Shown: positions 19,426 to 29,028 of the stretch, piece by piece
Layout: every line of letters starts with the position of its first letter
How positions within the stretch are numbered: position 1 is the stretch's first letter
Origin: an uncultured Flavobacteriaceae bacterium
GTDB taxonomy: Bacteria > Bacteroidota > Bacteroidia > Flavobacteriales > Flavobacteriaceae
NCBI GenBank assembly: GCA_947495135.1
Contig: CANLXN010000009.1
Span: 116,165 to 180,164 of the forward strand
Length of the DNA: 64,000 bases
Direction of reading: 5' to 3'
Notes under the pieces: generated by a model
Database searches by the model: none
What the model was told of the DNA's origin: nothing
Seen by the model: the letters and a program-made list of their open reading frames with translations, nothing else
Program-made: the position numbers and the translations under genes

Positions 19426-20466
19426 ATGAAACTTTTAAAATATTTATTCTTCCTGATCCTCATTGTGATTATTGGTGGAGCAGTATACTTTGGCACAAAA
19501 GAGAGCTCATACGATCTCAGCGAATCAAAAGTAATAAATGCACCCGTTGATATGATTTTCAAGAAGGTAAACGACTATAAAACTTGGGAAAACTGGGGGC
19601 CTTGGAAAAAAGAAGATCCTACAATGGCATTCACGTATCCTGAAAACACCAGCGGTGAAGGCGGCTCCTATTCTTGGACAGGCGAAATGGACGGATCCAT
19701 GACCACCACTAAAGTTACCCAAAACAAAGAGATTCTTCAAGATTTAACGCTACAAACACCTGGAGGCGAAAGAAACCCTAAAGTGTATTGGAATTTTGAA
19801 GAAACGCAGGAAGGAACCGAAGTAACTTGGGGCATGAAGGGAGAACACACCTTCATGGATAAAGTCTATTACGGCCTAAGCGGTATGGATTTCGATAAAG
19901 ACATGAAAGAAATGCACGAATCTGGACTGGAAGGAATTGCAGCCAGCGTTGCCGAAGACATGAAAAAATACACCATCACCGTTGAAGGGGTTAAGCAATA
20001 CGGAGGAGGATATTATATGTATACTACTACCGCAAGTAAGCAAAGTGAAGTGGGCGCCAAGATGGGACCCATGATGGGGAAAGTTGCTGCTTTTATGCAA
20101 AAGAACCAAATTCAATCTTCAGGAATGCCCTTCACCATTTACAACGAATGGGATACCACGAACAACTCTACCATATTTTCAGCAGCCATCCCCGTAAATG
20201 AGCGCATCATTGTTACAGAAGGTGATGTTCTTTGTGGTTATATGCCACCGGTATCTGCAATTAAAACTACGCTCAAAGGAAATTATGAGAACCTTCCAAA
20301 AGCCTATGCAAAAGCACAGCAATACATACAAGACAACGTTATAATGGTAGACACTGCTCATAAGATGTTTGAAGTGTACACCAACGATCCTGGGGAAGTG
20401 ACTAATCCGGCAGATTGGCAAACAGATATTTACATCCCAGTACTTGTGAACATAGTTCCTAACTAA
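19426..20466 (+). CDS. SRPBCC + GyrI-like domain protein with N-terminal membrane anchor
   Basis: N-terminal TM; WENWGPW/YSW SRPBCC half; C-terminal GyrI-like (KGNYENL, FEVYTNDPG, WQTDIYIP). Confidence 0.8.
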   Translation: MKLLKYLFFLILIVIIGGAVYFGTKESSYDLSESKVINAPVDMIFKKVNDYKTWENWGPWKKEDPTMAFTYPENTSGEGGSYSWTGEMDGSMTTTKVTQNKEILQDLTLQTPGGERNPKVYWNFEETQEGTEVTWGMKGEHTFMDKVYYGLSGMDFDKDMKEMHESGLEGIAASVAEDMKKYTITVEGVKQYGGGYYMYTTTASKQSEVGAKMGPMMGKVAAFMQKNQIQSSGMPFTIYNEWDTTNNSTIFSAAIPVNERIIVTEGDVLCGYMPPVSAIKTTLKGNYENLPKAYAKAQQYIQDNVIMVDTAHKMFEVYTNDPGEVTNPADWQTDIYIPVLVNIVPN

Positions 20467-20491
20467 TCATGAAATATAATAAAGCAACTCC

Positions 20492-20863
20492 TTGAAACAA
20501 CTCCTTCTAGTTTTTTTAGGTGGCGGATTGGGAAGTTCGCTGCGTTATATACTTGGAAAATATCTCAATAGCGCAGCTAATGGAATTCCCTATGGAACCT
20601 TTGCCGCAAATATTTTAGGGAGCTTAATCATTGGAATTATTCTTGGAATGGCAGCAAAAAATGAAATGTTGTCTCAAAACACTACCCTCCTATTAGCCAC
20701 AGGTTTTTGCGGAGGGTTTACTACATTCTCCACTTTTGCCTACGAAAACCATATTTTTCTCAAAAATGGTGACTTCGGTCTCTTCGCTATTTATACCATC
20801 GCAAGTTTTATTCTTGCTTTTGCTGCTGTTTTTCTCGGAATGTGGCTGGTAAGGTTGGTCTAG
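20492..20863 (+). CDS. crcB: Fluoride efflux channel CrcB/FluC
   Basis: GGGLGSSLRY, GTFAANILGS, GFCGGFTTFSTF; TTG start. Confidence 0.92.
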   Translation: MKQLLLVFLGGGLGSSLRYILGKYLNSAANGIPYGTFAANILGSLIIGIILGMAAKNEMLSQNTTLLLATGFCGGFTTFSTFAYENHIFLKNGDFGLFAIYTIASFILAFAAVFLGMWLVRLV

Positions 20864-21468
20864 TGCTCTCCAAAATCTTTTACGCCTGCCTCGACTCGAA
20901 CCAATAAATCGTTTTCTTTTGGCGGAATAGGGCAAGAATATCTTTTATTATATGCACAATAAGGATTGTAAGCCTTGTTGAAATCTAGCACAATTACATC
21001 ACCTTTTGGAATACGTGCATCTAAAAAGCGACCTCCACCATAAGAACCATCTCCACTGCTGAGATCGGTAAAAGGCAAAAACAGATAATCTACATATTCT
21101 GGATCATCACTAGGCGGTACACTTTGAAACAAATTTAGTTTTAAAGCGGTATTGTTTATTTCAAAGTGAGCTTCTCCGTATTTTACGTATTCGGGAAGAC
21201 GATCTGTCGTTGTTGGCATTAAAAATGGTTTCTCATTAGGAGTGCGAACAAACTTTGCCTCTATTCTATAATCTAAGTTAATTGGATAAAATTCTAACGC
21301 TTCAAAATTTTCAAAATCTTTTGGCTCTAAAATAGTAGTCTCCGCATTGGCAAAATTTTCATTTTCCTCTAAACGATAGGCTTTTATATCTTCTATCATT
21401 TCAGCATTGGTTTGAGCTGTAGATATTTCAGAAACAATAAACAATAACAGAAAAGGGAGGTATTTCAT
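20860..21468 (-). CDS. DUF1684-family secreted protein
   Basis: LFLPFTD, YGGGRFLD, LDFNKAYNPYCAYN, CPIPPKEN; start moved to MKYLPF. Confidence 0.88.
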   Translation of the reverse strand: MKYLPFLLLFIVSEISTAQTNAEMIEDIKAYRLEENENFANAETTILEPKDFENFEALEFYPINLDYRIEAKFVRTPNEKPFLMPTTTDRLPEYVKYGEAHFEINNTALKLNLFQSVPPSDDPEYVDYLFLPFTDLSSGDGSYGGGRFLDARIPKGDVIVLDFNKAYNPYCAYNKRYSCPIPPKENDLLVRVEAGVKDFGEH

Positions 21469-21510
21469 CTTAAAAAGTTTATGTAAATATAATTGAATTA
21501 TAAAAATCAT

Positions 21511-21518
21511 TACATTTG
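21511..21518 (+). promoter_or_regulatory. Bacteroidetes -7 promoter element
   Basis: TACATTTG matches TAnnTTTG, 20 bp before the leader ATG. Confidence 0.65.
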
Positions 21519-21537
21519 GAATAACAAAGAAGAAAAA

Positions 21538-21609
21538 ATGAACAATCGCACCTATTTAATCCAATCGAAAACTGTAGTGTACTGCTGCGGCCGGATATGT
21601 ATGTGTTGA
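21538..21609 (+). CDS. Putative Cys-rich leader peptide MNNRTYLIQSKTVVYCCGRICMC
   Basis: 23 codons; 4 Cys in the last 8; A-rich start context; followed by a terminator. Confidence 0.7.
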   Translation: MNNRTYLIQSKTVVYCCGRICMC

Positions 21610-21636
21610 TGATAGAACTATCAAGTAATTCAATAT

Positions 21637-21675
21637 AAAAACGTCCGGTATCTCTACCGGACGTTTTATTTTTAT
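21637..21675 (+). terminator. Attenuator-type intrinsic terminator upstream of MFS gene
   Basis: AAAAACGTCCGGTA-TCTC-TACCGGACGTTTT then ATTTTTAT; lies between uORF and MFS start. Confidence 0.8.
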
Positions 21676-21696
21676 ACTACCTCACAACCCACCAAC

Positions 21697-22923
21697 ATGA
21701 AACAATTTTTTACTAACTACATAGAAAACTTTCGGGGCCTCTCCAGAGAAATCTGGCTCTTATCGCTGGTTACATTTATTAACAGAGCAGGTGCTATGGT
21801 CCTTCCGTTTCTATCCCTCTACTTGGTCAATGCAAAATGCTTTACTTTACCGCAAGTTGGATGGATTATGACGAGCTACGGAATTGGATCCTTACTTGGC
21901 ACATGGATTGGTGGAAGATTAACCGATAAAATTGGGTTTTACAAAGTGATTATTGCCAGTCTTTTTTTAGGTGGACTGGGATTTATCGCTCTCCAATTTC
22001 TGGATACTTTCTACACCATATGTATAGGAATGATGATCTTAAGTGCTCTAGCAGATGCCTACCGTCCGGCAATTTTCGTTGCCTGCGACGCCTATAGTAA
22101 ACCAGAAAACGTAACGCGGGCAATTGCACTTATTAGATTAGCCATTAATCTTGGCTTTTCTATTGGTCCTGTAATTGGAGGACTCATTATTGCTCGAATA
22201 AATTACTCTTCCCTATTCTGGATTGATGGGATTACCTGTGTTTTGGCTGCCCTCCTGCTATTCTTGGTCCTTAAGCCAAAAGCAATGAATGAGGGGCATA
22301 CAAAACAGACAGAAGCGGTAAAAGAAGGCATCTCGCCTTATAAAAATGCACTCTACCTATTGCTCGTTCTTATAATGATATTGAGCACCATCACCTTTGT
22401 TCAATATTTCTCGGTACTCCCATTGTATTACGAACAAAGGCATTTATTATCAGAAGAGCTCATCGGCCTGCTTCTCTTTCTCAATGGTGTACTCATTGTT
22501 CTTTTCGAAATGCCCATTGTGGGGTGGCTCGAACGAATCAACATCTCCAAATCCATGGCTACTTTTTGGGGAATGATCTTAATTGCACTCAGTTTTCTGG
22601 TCATGAATCTAACCAGTTGGAGCGGCGTTTTGATTATTGGCATGGTTCTCATGACTTTGGGAGAAATGGTAGGCTCGCCATTTGCAAATGCCCTAGCATT
22701 GTCAATGGCCCCCAAAGGCAGGAAAGGAACCTATATGGGTCTTTATAGTATGAGCTTTTCTATGGCGCACATTGTGGGGCATAATAGCGGGATGAATCTT
22801 GTAGATCAATTTGGATACGACTTTACATGGTATGTAATGGCGTTTGTTTTATTAGTGGTGGCCGCTATGTGTATTTGGCTGTACCGTTTGTTGAAAAAAT
22901 CGAAAGACTATGTAATCTATTAG
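21697..22923 (+). CDS. MFS transporter (12 TM)
   Basis: GRLTDKIG motif A; AINLGFSIGPVIGG; 408 aa hydrophobic. Confidence 0.9.
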   Translation: MKQFFTNYIENFRGLSREIWLLSLVTFINRAGAMVLPFLSLYLVNAKCFTLPQVGWIMTSYGIGSLLGTWIGGRLTDKIGFYKVIIASLFLGGLGFIALQFLDTFYTICIGMMILSALADAYRPAIFVACDAYSKPENVTRAIALIRLAINLGFSIGPVIGGLIIARINYSSLFWIDGITCVLAALLLFLVLKPKAMNEGHTKQTEAVKEGISPYKNALYLLLVLIMILSTITFVQYFSVLPLYYEQRHLLSEELIGLLLFLNGVLIVLFEMPIVGWLERINISKSMATFWGMILIALSFLVMNLTSWSGVLIIGMVLMTLGEMVGSPFANALALSMAPKGRKGTYMGLYSMSFSMAHIVGHNSGMNLVDQFGYDFTWYVMAFVLLVVAAMCIWLYRLLKKSKDYVIY

Positions 22924-23013
22924 TCTTTCTTACTGAAATATGAGTACATTTAATTAGTAAATAAACTTTAATAAGAGAGGCGGTCTGTTTCTCTTATTCT
23001 GAAATTTTCTATC

Positions 23014-23784
23014 ATGAAAAATGTTTGGTTAATTATTATTTTATTCGGACTGGTGGCTTGTGGAAATTCTCCTGAAAAGGAACTTCAAATCCATGACGAA
23101 CACACCCAAGAATTAGCAGCAGAGAATCTGCCAAACAAAACATTCCCGAAGCTGGATTCCACAAGATACAATGTAGGATTCCTAATAATGGATGGCGTAT
23201 ACAATACCGAATTAACAGCTCCTTACGATATTTTTCAGCATACCGTTTTCAGGGAGAACATAAAGGCCATGAATGTATTCACCGTCGCTAATACCGACGA
23301 GCCCATCCGCACCTTTGAAGGCATGAGGATTTTACCCGATTTTAATTATCTAAAAGACAAAATCCCAACAATTGATATTTTAGTAATCCCCAGTGCCGAA
23401 CATCATTTAGACACCGATCTGGAAGATGAAGAAATGTTAGACTTTGTAAAACGAACAAATAAAAGCGCCCAATTTATCACTTCTCACTGTGACGGAGCAT
23501 TTGTCTTAGCGAAAGCAGGCTTGCTTGAAGGAATCGTTTCTACCACCTTCCCCAGCGACATAGATGCCATGCGGGACATGTTTCCCACACTGGATGTTAG
23601 AAAAGACGTGCTTTTTGTGCACGATGGCAAGTATATAACCTCTGCAGGAGGCGCAAAAAGTTTTGAAGCGGCTCTTTATTTGTGTGAGTATCTCTACGGA
23701 AAAGAAATTACCCAATCCTTGGCTGGCGGATTAGTTATTGATTGGAACCTAAAGCAAGTTCCTCACCTTATCGTGCAAGATTAA
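23014..23784 (+). CDS. DJ-1/PfpI family lipoprotein
   Basis: Lipobox LVAC; ELTAPYDIF, SHCDGAFVLAKAG, ITSAGG. Confidence 0.85.
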   Translation: MKNVWLIIILFGLVACGNSPEKELQIHDEHTQELAAENLPNKTFPKLDSTRYNVGFLIMDGVYNTELTAPYDIFQHTVFRENIKAMNVFTVANTDEPIRTFEGMRILPDFNYLKDKIPTIDILVIPSAEHHLDTDLEDEEMLDFVKRTNKSAQFITSHCDGAFVLAKAGLLEGIVSTTFPSDIDAMRDMFPTLDVRKDVLFVHDGKYITSAGGAKSFEAALYLCEYLYGKEITQSLAGGLVIDWNLKQVPHLIVQD

Positions 23785-24221
23785 AGTGGTTTAATAGCAT
23801 TGCTCTCTACTACCTGTGACAATACAATCTGGGTTTTGGTTTCGCCATAACTGATGAGCTGATCTATAAAGGTCTCCAAATGTTTCTGATTTTTCAAAAC
23901 GACCTCCATTACAATATTCTCGTTCCCAGTAATACGATAACAGTTCACCACCTCATCATAAGTTTTCACTTGGGATAAGAATGGCTTCAATTTTCCCATA
24001 AATGCCCTCAAAGTAATAATTGCCTTTAGCTGGTAACCACACTCAAACGGAGAGACACTAGTACGGTATCCATAAATGACTCCCGCATCCTCCAATTTTT
24101 TAATTCGTTCGGTTACTGCTGGCGAACTAATTCCTATTCTACGACCAATTTCTGCACTGGAAAGACGAGCGTTGGTTTGAAGGGCCTCCAATATTTTTCT
24201 ATTAAGCGCGTCAATTTTCAT
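23781..24221 (-). CDS. Lrp/AsnC family transcriptional regulator
   Basis: LQTNARLSSAEIG...VTERIKKLEDAGVI HTH; CYRITG C-terminal domain; start moved to MKIDAL. Confidence 0.9.
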   Translation of the reverse strand: MKIDALNRKILEALQTNARLSSAEIGRRIGISSPAVTERIKKLEDAGVIYGYRTSVSPFECGYQLKAIITLRAFMGKLKPFLSQVKTYDEVVNCYRITGNENIVMEVVLKNQKHLETFIDQLISYGETKTQIVLSQVVESNAIKPL

Positions 24222-24352
24222 TTTTGAAACAATTTTAACGCAAAATAGCATATTATTAAACTAAAACCATCTTTTTGCTTTAAAATCCAAATGTTATTCT
24301 CGACGATTGTTGCTAAATTTGATGTAATTGCTAGAAAAATTATAATTATCAC

Positions 24353-24748
24353 ATGTTACCCAATATCCCAAGCGGCCTACCGCAATCTCCTTTATATCAA
24401 AAGGCTATAGATATCTTCGCGTTATCGCGTAGTATCTCTCATTATTTTGTTGAAGACTTGAATTACCTCGAAAATGATGGTAAAGAAGACCCACATATTT
24501 ACTTTACTGGAGATATAGTGCAGCAGTCTATTTCATTGGCTCCAGAGATTTTGAAAGCAGAAAGCCAACCCTTCGCTGAAGACAAACAAAGGCATGCCGC
24601 CTCCGTTACGCGACTTACCAATTTACTGTACTCTAATTGTGAGCGTTTGGAACGAACACATAGCAATGGACGAGACTTTCTTCCCGTACTGCGCAAAGAA
24701 TTGAAGAAATTTAGAAAATTACAGCGTAATTGGATGTTAACTTTATAA
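24353..24748 (+). CDS. Hypothetical all-helical protein (four-helix-bundle-like)
   Basis: 131 aa; helical pattern LYQKAIDIF...LRKELKKFRKLQRNW. Confidence 0.65.
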   Translation: MLPNIPSGLPQSPLYQKAIDIFALSRSISHYFVEDLNYLENDGKEDPHIYFTGDIVQQSISLAPEILKAESQPFAEDKQRHAASVTRLTNLLYSNCERLERTHSNGRDFLPVLRKELKKFRKLQRNWMLTL

Positions 24749-24778
24749 ATCTCGTATCTAAAATCCGCCGAATTTGTA

Positions 24779-26323
24779 TTAAAATGGTTGAGCAGCCCTT
24801 ATGAGTTTAAGATATCGTTCGAGTTCTTGCTTCACCTTTTTACGCAATAGAAAGAGACCAATCATATTTGGCACCATCATAGCGAACACCATTGCATCAC
24901 TAAATAGCACAACAGAACCCAAAGTAATGGCTCCACCCAATACGGTAAATAGACAAAAAATCACCTTATAGATGTACTCTTCCCGTTTTTCGCGCCCAAA
25001 TAAATAGCTCCATGCCTGATATCCGTAATAAGACCAAGAGATCATAGAAGAAAAGGCAAATAAGACCACCGCCACCGAGAGTACATATGGAAACCAAGAG
25101 ACTCCGCTCTCTAGAGCCTTTGCAGTTAACAAAACACCTTGCTCATCACTAAGAATAGTTCCAGGAACAATTTGCCCTGTAATAATCAGTGCCAAAGCGG
25201 TCATCGTACAAACTACTACCGTATCAATAAATGGTTCTAACAGTGCGACTAAACCCTCGCTTGCAGGGTACTTGGTTTTCACAGCACTATGAGCAATAGA
25301 CGAGCTTCCTATTCCCGCTTCATTGCTAAAGGCCGCTCTTCTAAAACCCTGCACCAACACCCCGACAAAACCACCTGTAACTCCTTCAGGACTAAAAGCT
25401 CCATCCCAAATCATTAAAAATGCCGTGGGGATGTCTTTCCAATTAATCCCTAAGATAATAATGATGGCCAACACATAAATTACGACCATCACTGGCACTA
25501 CCTTATCGGTTACATTTGCTATTTTCTTAATGCCGCCAATAATAACAACACCAACCAAAACCGCCATCACAAACCCAAAAACCCAACCATATCCATGAAT
25601 AAAACTCTCCTCCGCCCCAGTCACATGCTCGAACAACTTAAAAGCTTGGTTTACCTGAAACATATTTCCTCCGCCAAAAGATCCACCAATACACATTATT
25701 GCAAACAAAACAGCCAATAGTTTTCCAAATCTGGGTAATCCTGTTTCCCCTAAGCCTCTCTTTAAATAGTACATTGGCCCGCCGTAAATAGTGCCCTCTT
25801 CATTTACTTCCCGATACTTTACTCCCAACGTACATTCCACAAATTTTGAAGCCATCCCTAGGAAACCTATCAAAATCATCCAAAAGGTAGCACCAGCACC
25901 TCCAATAGAAAGTGCTATGGCTACTCCCGCAATATTCCCCAATCCAACCGTCGCAGAAACAGCCGCAGTTAAAGCCTGAAAATGACTCACCTCTCCCTCT
26001 CCTTCTACCCGAATGGTATCTGGATTATCTCCATCGACCAGGGAAACTGAAGAAGACGATAAAACGGTACTATTCTCTTCTAAGTAATCATACTTTCCTC
26101 TTACTACATCAATTGCCTTTTTAAAACCTCTTAAGTTGATTAGCTTAAAATAAAATGTAAAATAGGCCGCTCCAAAAATAAGTACTATCAATACCCAAGG
26201 TATTCCAACCGATGGGGTGACTGGAATTTCAGCAAAAACGGCGTCGGTGAACCAACTAGTTGCAGCACTAAATCGTTCGTTTAATTGTTGGTCAAATGAA
26301 GTAGAGGGTGTTAGAAAATACAT
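24779..26323 (-). CDS. Alanine/glycine:cation symporter (AGCS)
   Basis: SHFQAL, TVGLGNIAGVA, GGPMYY, GGGNMFQ, FSNEAGIGS, LEPFIDT. Confidence 0.92.
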   Translation of the reverse strand: MYFLTPSTSFDQQLNERFSAATSWFTDAVFAEIPVTPSVGIPWVLIVLIFGAAYFTFYFKLINLRGFKKAIDVVRGKYDYLEENSTVLSSSSVSLVDGDNPDTIRVEGEGEVSHFQALTAAVSATVGLGNIAGVAIALSIGGAGATFWMILIGFLGMASKFVECTLGVKYREVNEEGTIYGGPMYYLKRGLGETGLPRFGKLLAVLFAIMCIGGSFGGGNMFQVNQAFKLFEHVTGAEESFIHGYGWVFGFVMAVLVGVVIIGGIKKIANVTDKVVPVMVVIYVLAIIIILGINWKDIPTAFLMIWDGAFSPEGVTGGFVGVLVQGFRRAAFSNEAGIGSSSIAHSAVKTKYPASEGLVALLEPFIDTVVVCTMTALALIITGQIVPGTILSDEQGVLLTAKALESGVSWFPYVLSVAVVLFAFSSMISWSYYGYQAWSYLFGREKREEYIYKVIFCLFTVLGGAITLGSVVLFSDAMVFAMMVPNMIGLFLLRKKVKQELERYLKLIRAAQPF

Positions 26324-26415
26324 ATGATAAATTTTCTAGCAAATTGTGCCAAAAAAGAATATCACAAAAGGTTAAGCACTGTTGAAAATGGAAAACAAAA
26401 TGGTTAAGCATATGC

Positions 26416-27528
26416 TTAGTCTCCCTGTTTGAAGGAAGTGTACTGCAAAAAATCGTTAGCCAAAGCGAATTTAATTAATTCGGCTTTACCACCTGCTCCG
26501 CTTATGTTTAAGATTTTTTTTATTTGATGAATATGGGTCTGTAAGCCGTCTAAACTTATATGCATTTCTTGAGCTAGCTCGGGATACGATTTCTCACTTC
26601 CAAAATAGGCCAAATTACCCAACACTTCTTTCTGACGATCGGAAAGTTCTATTTTATGTGCTTTTTTAAACTCTTGCAACTCCTGTTTTACTGATCGCAA
26701 GGTGTCTAAATGACTTTCATTTGCAATTTGTAAGTGTTCCAATTCAATAGTGAGTTTTGCATTTTCCTGAGAAAGACTCTGCACCAAGGTTTGTTGCTCT
26801 TCCTTTTCAGAAAGAAACTTCCAACTATACAGCAGAATAGAAAAAAGTAAAATAAATAAAAACTTAAACGAAATAGCAGTAATGCCTCCCACCAACGACC
26901 AAAATTCTTGATCCACAATTTGAACCAATTGATCCCGAGGAATAATACGGTGAGATACCGCGATAATTATAAGCACAAACAAAGCGAAGGTTGGTAAGTA
27001 CATAAATCGCATTTGTCGAGCCGAAAAAGCATTGTTAAGTTCATAAAACAAGGAAGCTGCCACAAAAACTGAGATAGGAATATCGATTAACCAAGTGAAA
27101 CTCGAACTTAGGTGGTCGTTACTGTAAGAGGCGGCCAAAAACACAAAGGCAATCATTCCTAAAACACCTGCGTATAGAAAAATGAACTGTTTTGTAGAAA
27201 AACGTTCCACCAACTGTACTGCCATTCCTCTCTTTTTACGGTGTTCTATCGACGGCAGTGATAGTAAAATAAATAGCGAATTGGCTAAAGAGATAAGCAG
27301 CCCCCAATAAATCACCACTTTTGAAGGAATTGTGAAAACTTCGGTCAAGAAAAGGTTACCCAGTGCCCCGAGTCCCCATACAAAGATGGCGAGGCCAAAC
27401 CATTTAATTCCGTTTACAGATTGTGGGTGATCTGCCTTTTCTTTTTCTTTTACAAAAATACGCTGAATAACAACTGCACTAATCAAACAGACAATAGCCG
27501 TAACCGTATATTCAATAATAACTAACAC
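26416..27528 (-). CDS. Multi-TM membrane protein with C-terminal LuxR-type HTH
   Basis: About 7 hydrophobic helices, a coiled coil, then LSDRQKEVL...LAQEMHISLDGLQTHIHQIKKIL. Confidence 0.8.
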   Translation of the reverse strand: MLVIIEYTVTAIVCLISAVVIQRIFVKEKEKADHPQSVNGIKWFGLAIFVWGLGALGNLFLTEVFTIPSKVVIYWGLLISLANSLFILLSLPSIEHRKKRGMAVQLVERFSTKQFIFLYAGVLGMIAFVFLAASYSNDHLSSSFTWLIDIPISVFVAASLFYELNNAFSARQMRFMYLPTFALFVLIIIAVSHRIIPRDQLVQIVDQEFWSLVGGITAISFKFLFILLFSILLYSWKFLSEKEEQQTLVQSLSQENAKLTIELEHLQIANESHLDTLRSVKQELQEFKKAHKIELSDRQKEVLGNLAYFGSEKSYPELAQEMHISLDGLQTHIHQIKKILNISGAGGKAELIKFALANDFLQYTSFKQGD

Positions 27529-27588
27529 TAACTGGTTTTACTGTTAAAGATATTGAATTATCCTATAAGAACATTCGCTGTAGAAATT

Positions 27589-29028
27589 TCATTTTAATTC
27601 TGCCAAAAGAGCCAAAAACTGAACATCTTCTCTGTATTTCTCAAAAGCTTCAGTTTCCAAAATTGCTTTCTTATTAGTCCATCCTTTGGAAATAGAAAGC
27701 TTCAAATTAGCGATGACTTTTTCACGATTATTGATCATCGCAAAATCAATTGCCAGCAAATAATAAGGCCAAGCCGCCTCTGGTAAAACCACTGTAACTA
27801 ATTGATGCGCATAAATAGCTTTCTCGAATTCACCATCTCTCCGCTTGCTGTTTCCCGTTTCAACCGCCATAGCATAAACTGCAAACCCAATTCTCTTTCC
27901 CATCTTCCGGTAAGCCGAATCTTTAGAACTGATATATTTTTCGTCTAATTTTTTAAGCTCCTTGTTCCACCACTTATAGTTATGAGCAGGTTTTTTTGAA
28001 TCAATTTCCTTCATGAAACGATCCACGAACTTACTTCGAACCTCCAACTCCAATTTCTCAATTTCTTTTTCATTTTCAATCTCCGCGCGGTATTTCTTGC
28101 TACTTTTTAGTTTTTTTATTTTGCCCCGAATACTATCTAGATTGTAATACTTGGCAAAATTTGTAATGAGTCGCTCATATTCCTCCACCGCTAATTTAGT
28201 CCGTTCGTTATTTTCGAATGCACGAGCGTCTTTGTAAAGATCTTCATAATAGTTTTGGATAAATAGAACATCCTTATCCCGAATGTTTCTATTATAGGCT
28301 TGCAATTCTAACCATCCCAAAGCTTTTTGGATCTGACTTGAAGGAGGCCATTTGTGAGTATCATTATTAATGAAAAGTTCGTTCTCAATGCCAAAGGTCT
28401 CTAACCAAGCTTTTGAACCATACATTTCTTGGTAATTCATATCCTCATTACCTACTAATCCCACATACGAAAACGAGGCTCCAGGACCAGGTGTATGCGT
28501 TGTATTTGGTGAGAAACTCGCCCCACAAGCGATCACTCCTTGAATCTGACCTGTAAGAGAAGCTACAGCCGTTGCAAGCCTAGCACCGCCAGAAAAGCCT
28601 GAGGTATAAATTTGCTTTTCGTCAATATTGAAAGTCTTAAAAACTTCAGAAAAAAGGCGGTTAATAATTTCAAAATTGGCTTCGAATAAACCATTCCTAC
28701 TATTATTGGAGCAAATCAACACATAGTTGAAACGTTCGGAAGCATCTAAAAATGGTTGTATTCCATTCTTTCCGTTTCCCGAAGGATCAAAAATAAAAAC
28801 GACCGCCGACAATTGATTTGGATTGTACCGTTGAGGCAGATAGAGCGCATATGTTTCAGAAGAGCCGCCAACCGAAATAGAATCGACTACAGTTCCTTTT
28901 TCGAACAAAGTTTCCTGTGCAAAAATTTCCGAAGAGCATAAAAACGCACAAAACAAAAAAGAGAATGGTGCTATATTAAAAAGCACTATTCTCTTTAGTT
29001 TACTATTTATATTACTTAAGAAGTACAT
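27589..29028 (-). CDS. Secreted alpha/beta-hydrolase with C-terminal TPR
   Basis: Signal peptide ending IFA|Q; YALYLP, nucleophile elbow GFSGGAR, THKWP; C-terminal PYYLLAIDFA TPR-like helices. Confidence 0.75.
   Translation of the reverse strand: MYFLSNINSKLKRIVLFNIAPFSFLFCAFLCSSEIFAQETLFEKGTVVDSISVGGSSETYALYLPQRYNPNQLSAVVFIFDPSGNGKNGIQPFLDASERFNYVLICSNNSRNGLFEANFEIINRLFSEVFKTFNIDEKQIYTSGFSGGARLATAVASLTGQIQGVIACGASFSPNTTHTPGPGASFSYVGLVGNEDMNYQEMYGSKAWLETFGIENELFINNDTHKWPPSSQIQKALGWLELQAYNRNIRDKDVLFIQNYYEDLYKDARAFENNERTKLAVEEYERLITNFAKYYNLDSIRGKIKKLKSSKKYRAEIENEKEIEKLELEVRSKFVDRFMKEIDSKKPAHNYKWWNKELKKLDEKYISSKDSAYRKMGKRIGFAVYAMAVETGNSKRRDGEFEKAIYAHQLVTVVLPEAAWPYYLLAIDFAMINNREKVIANLKLSISKGWTNKKAILETEAFEKYREDVQFLALLAELK

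Noticed and set aside
20467-20491. Fluoride riboswitch before crcB
   Set aside because: Only 25 bp separate crcB from the upstream gene, and no riboswitch-like sequence is visible.
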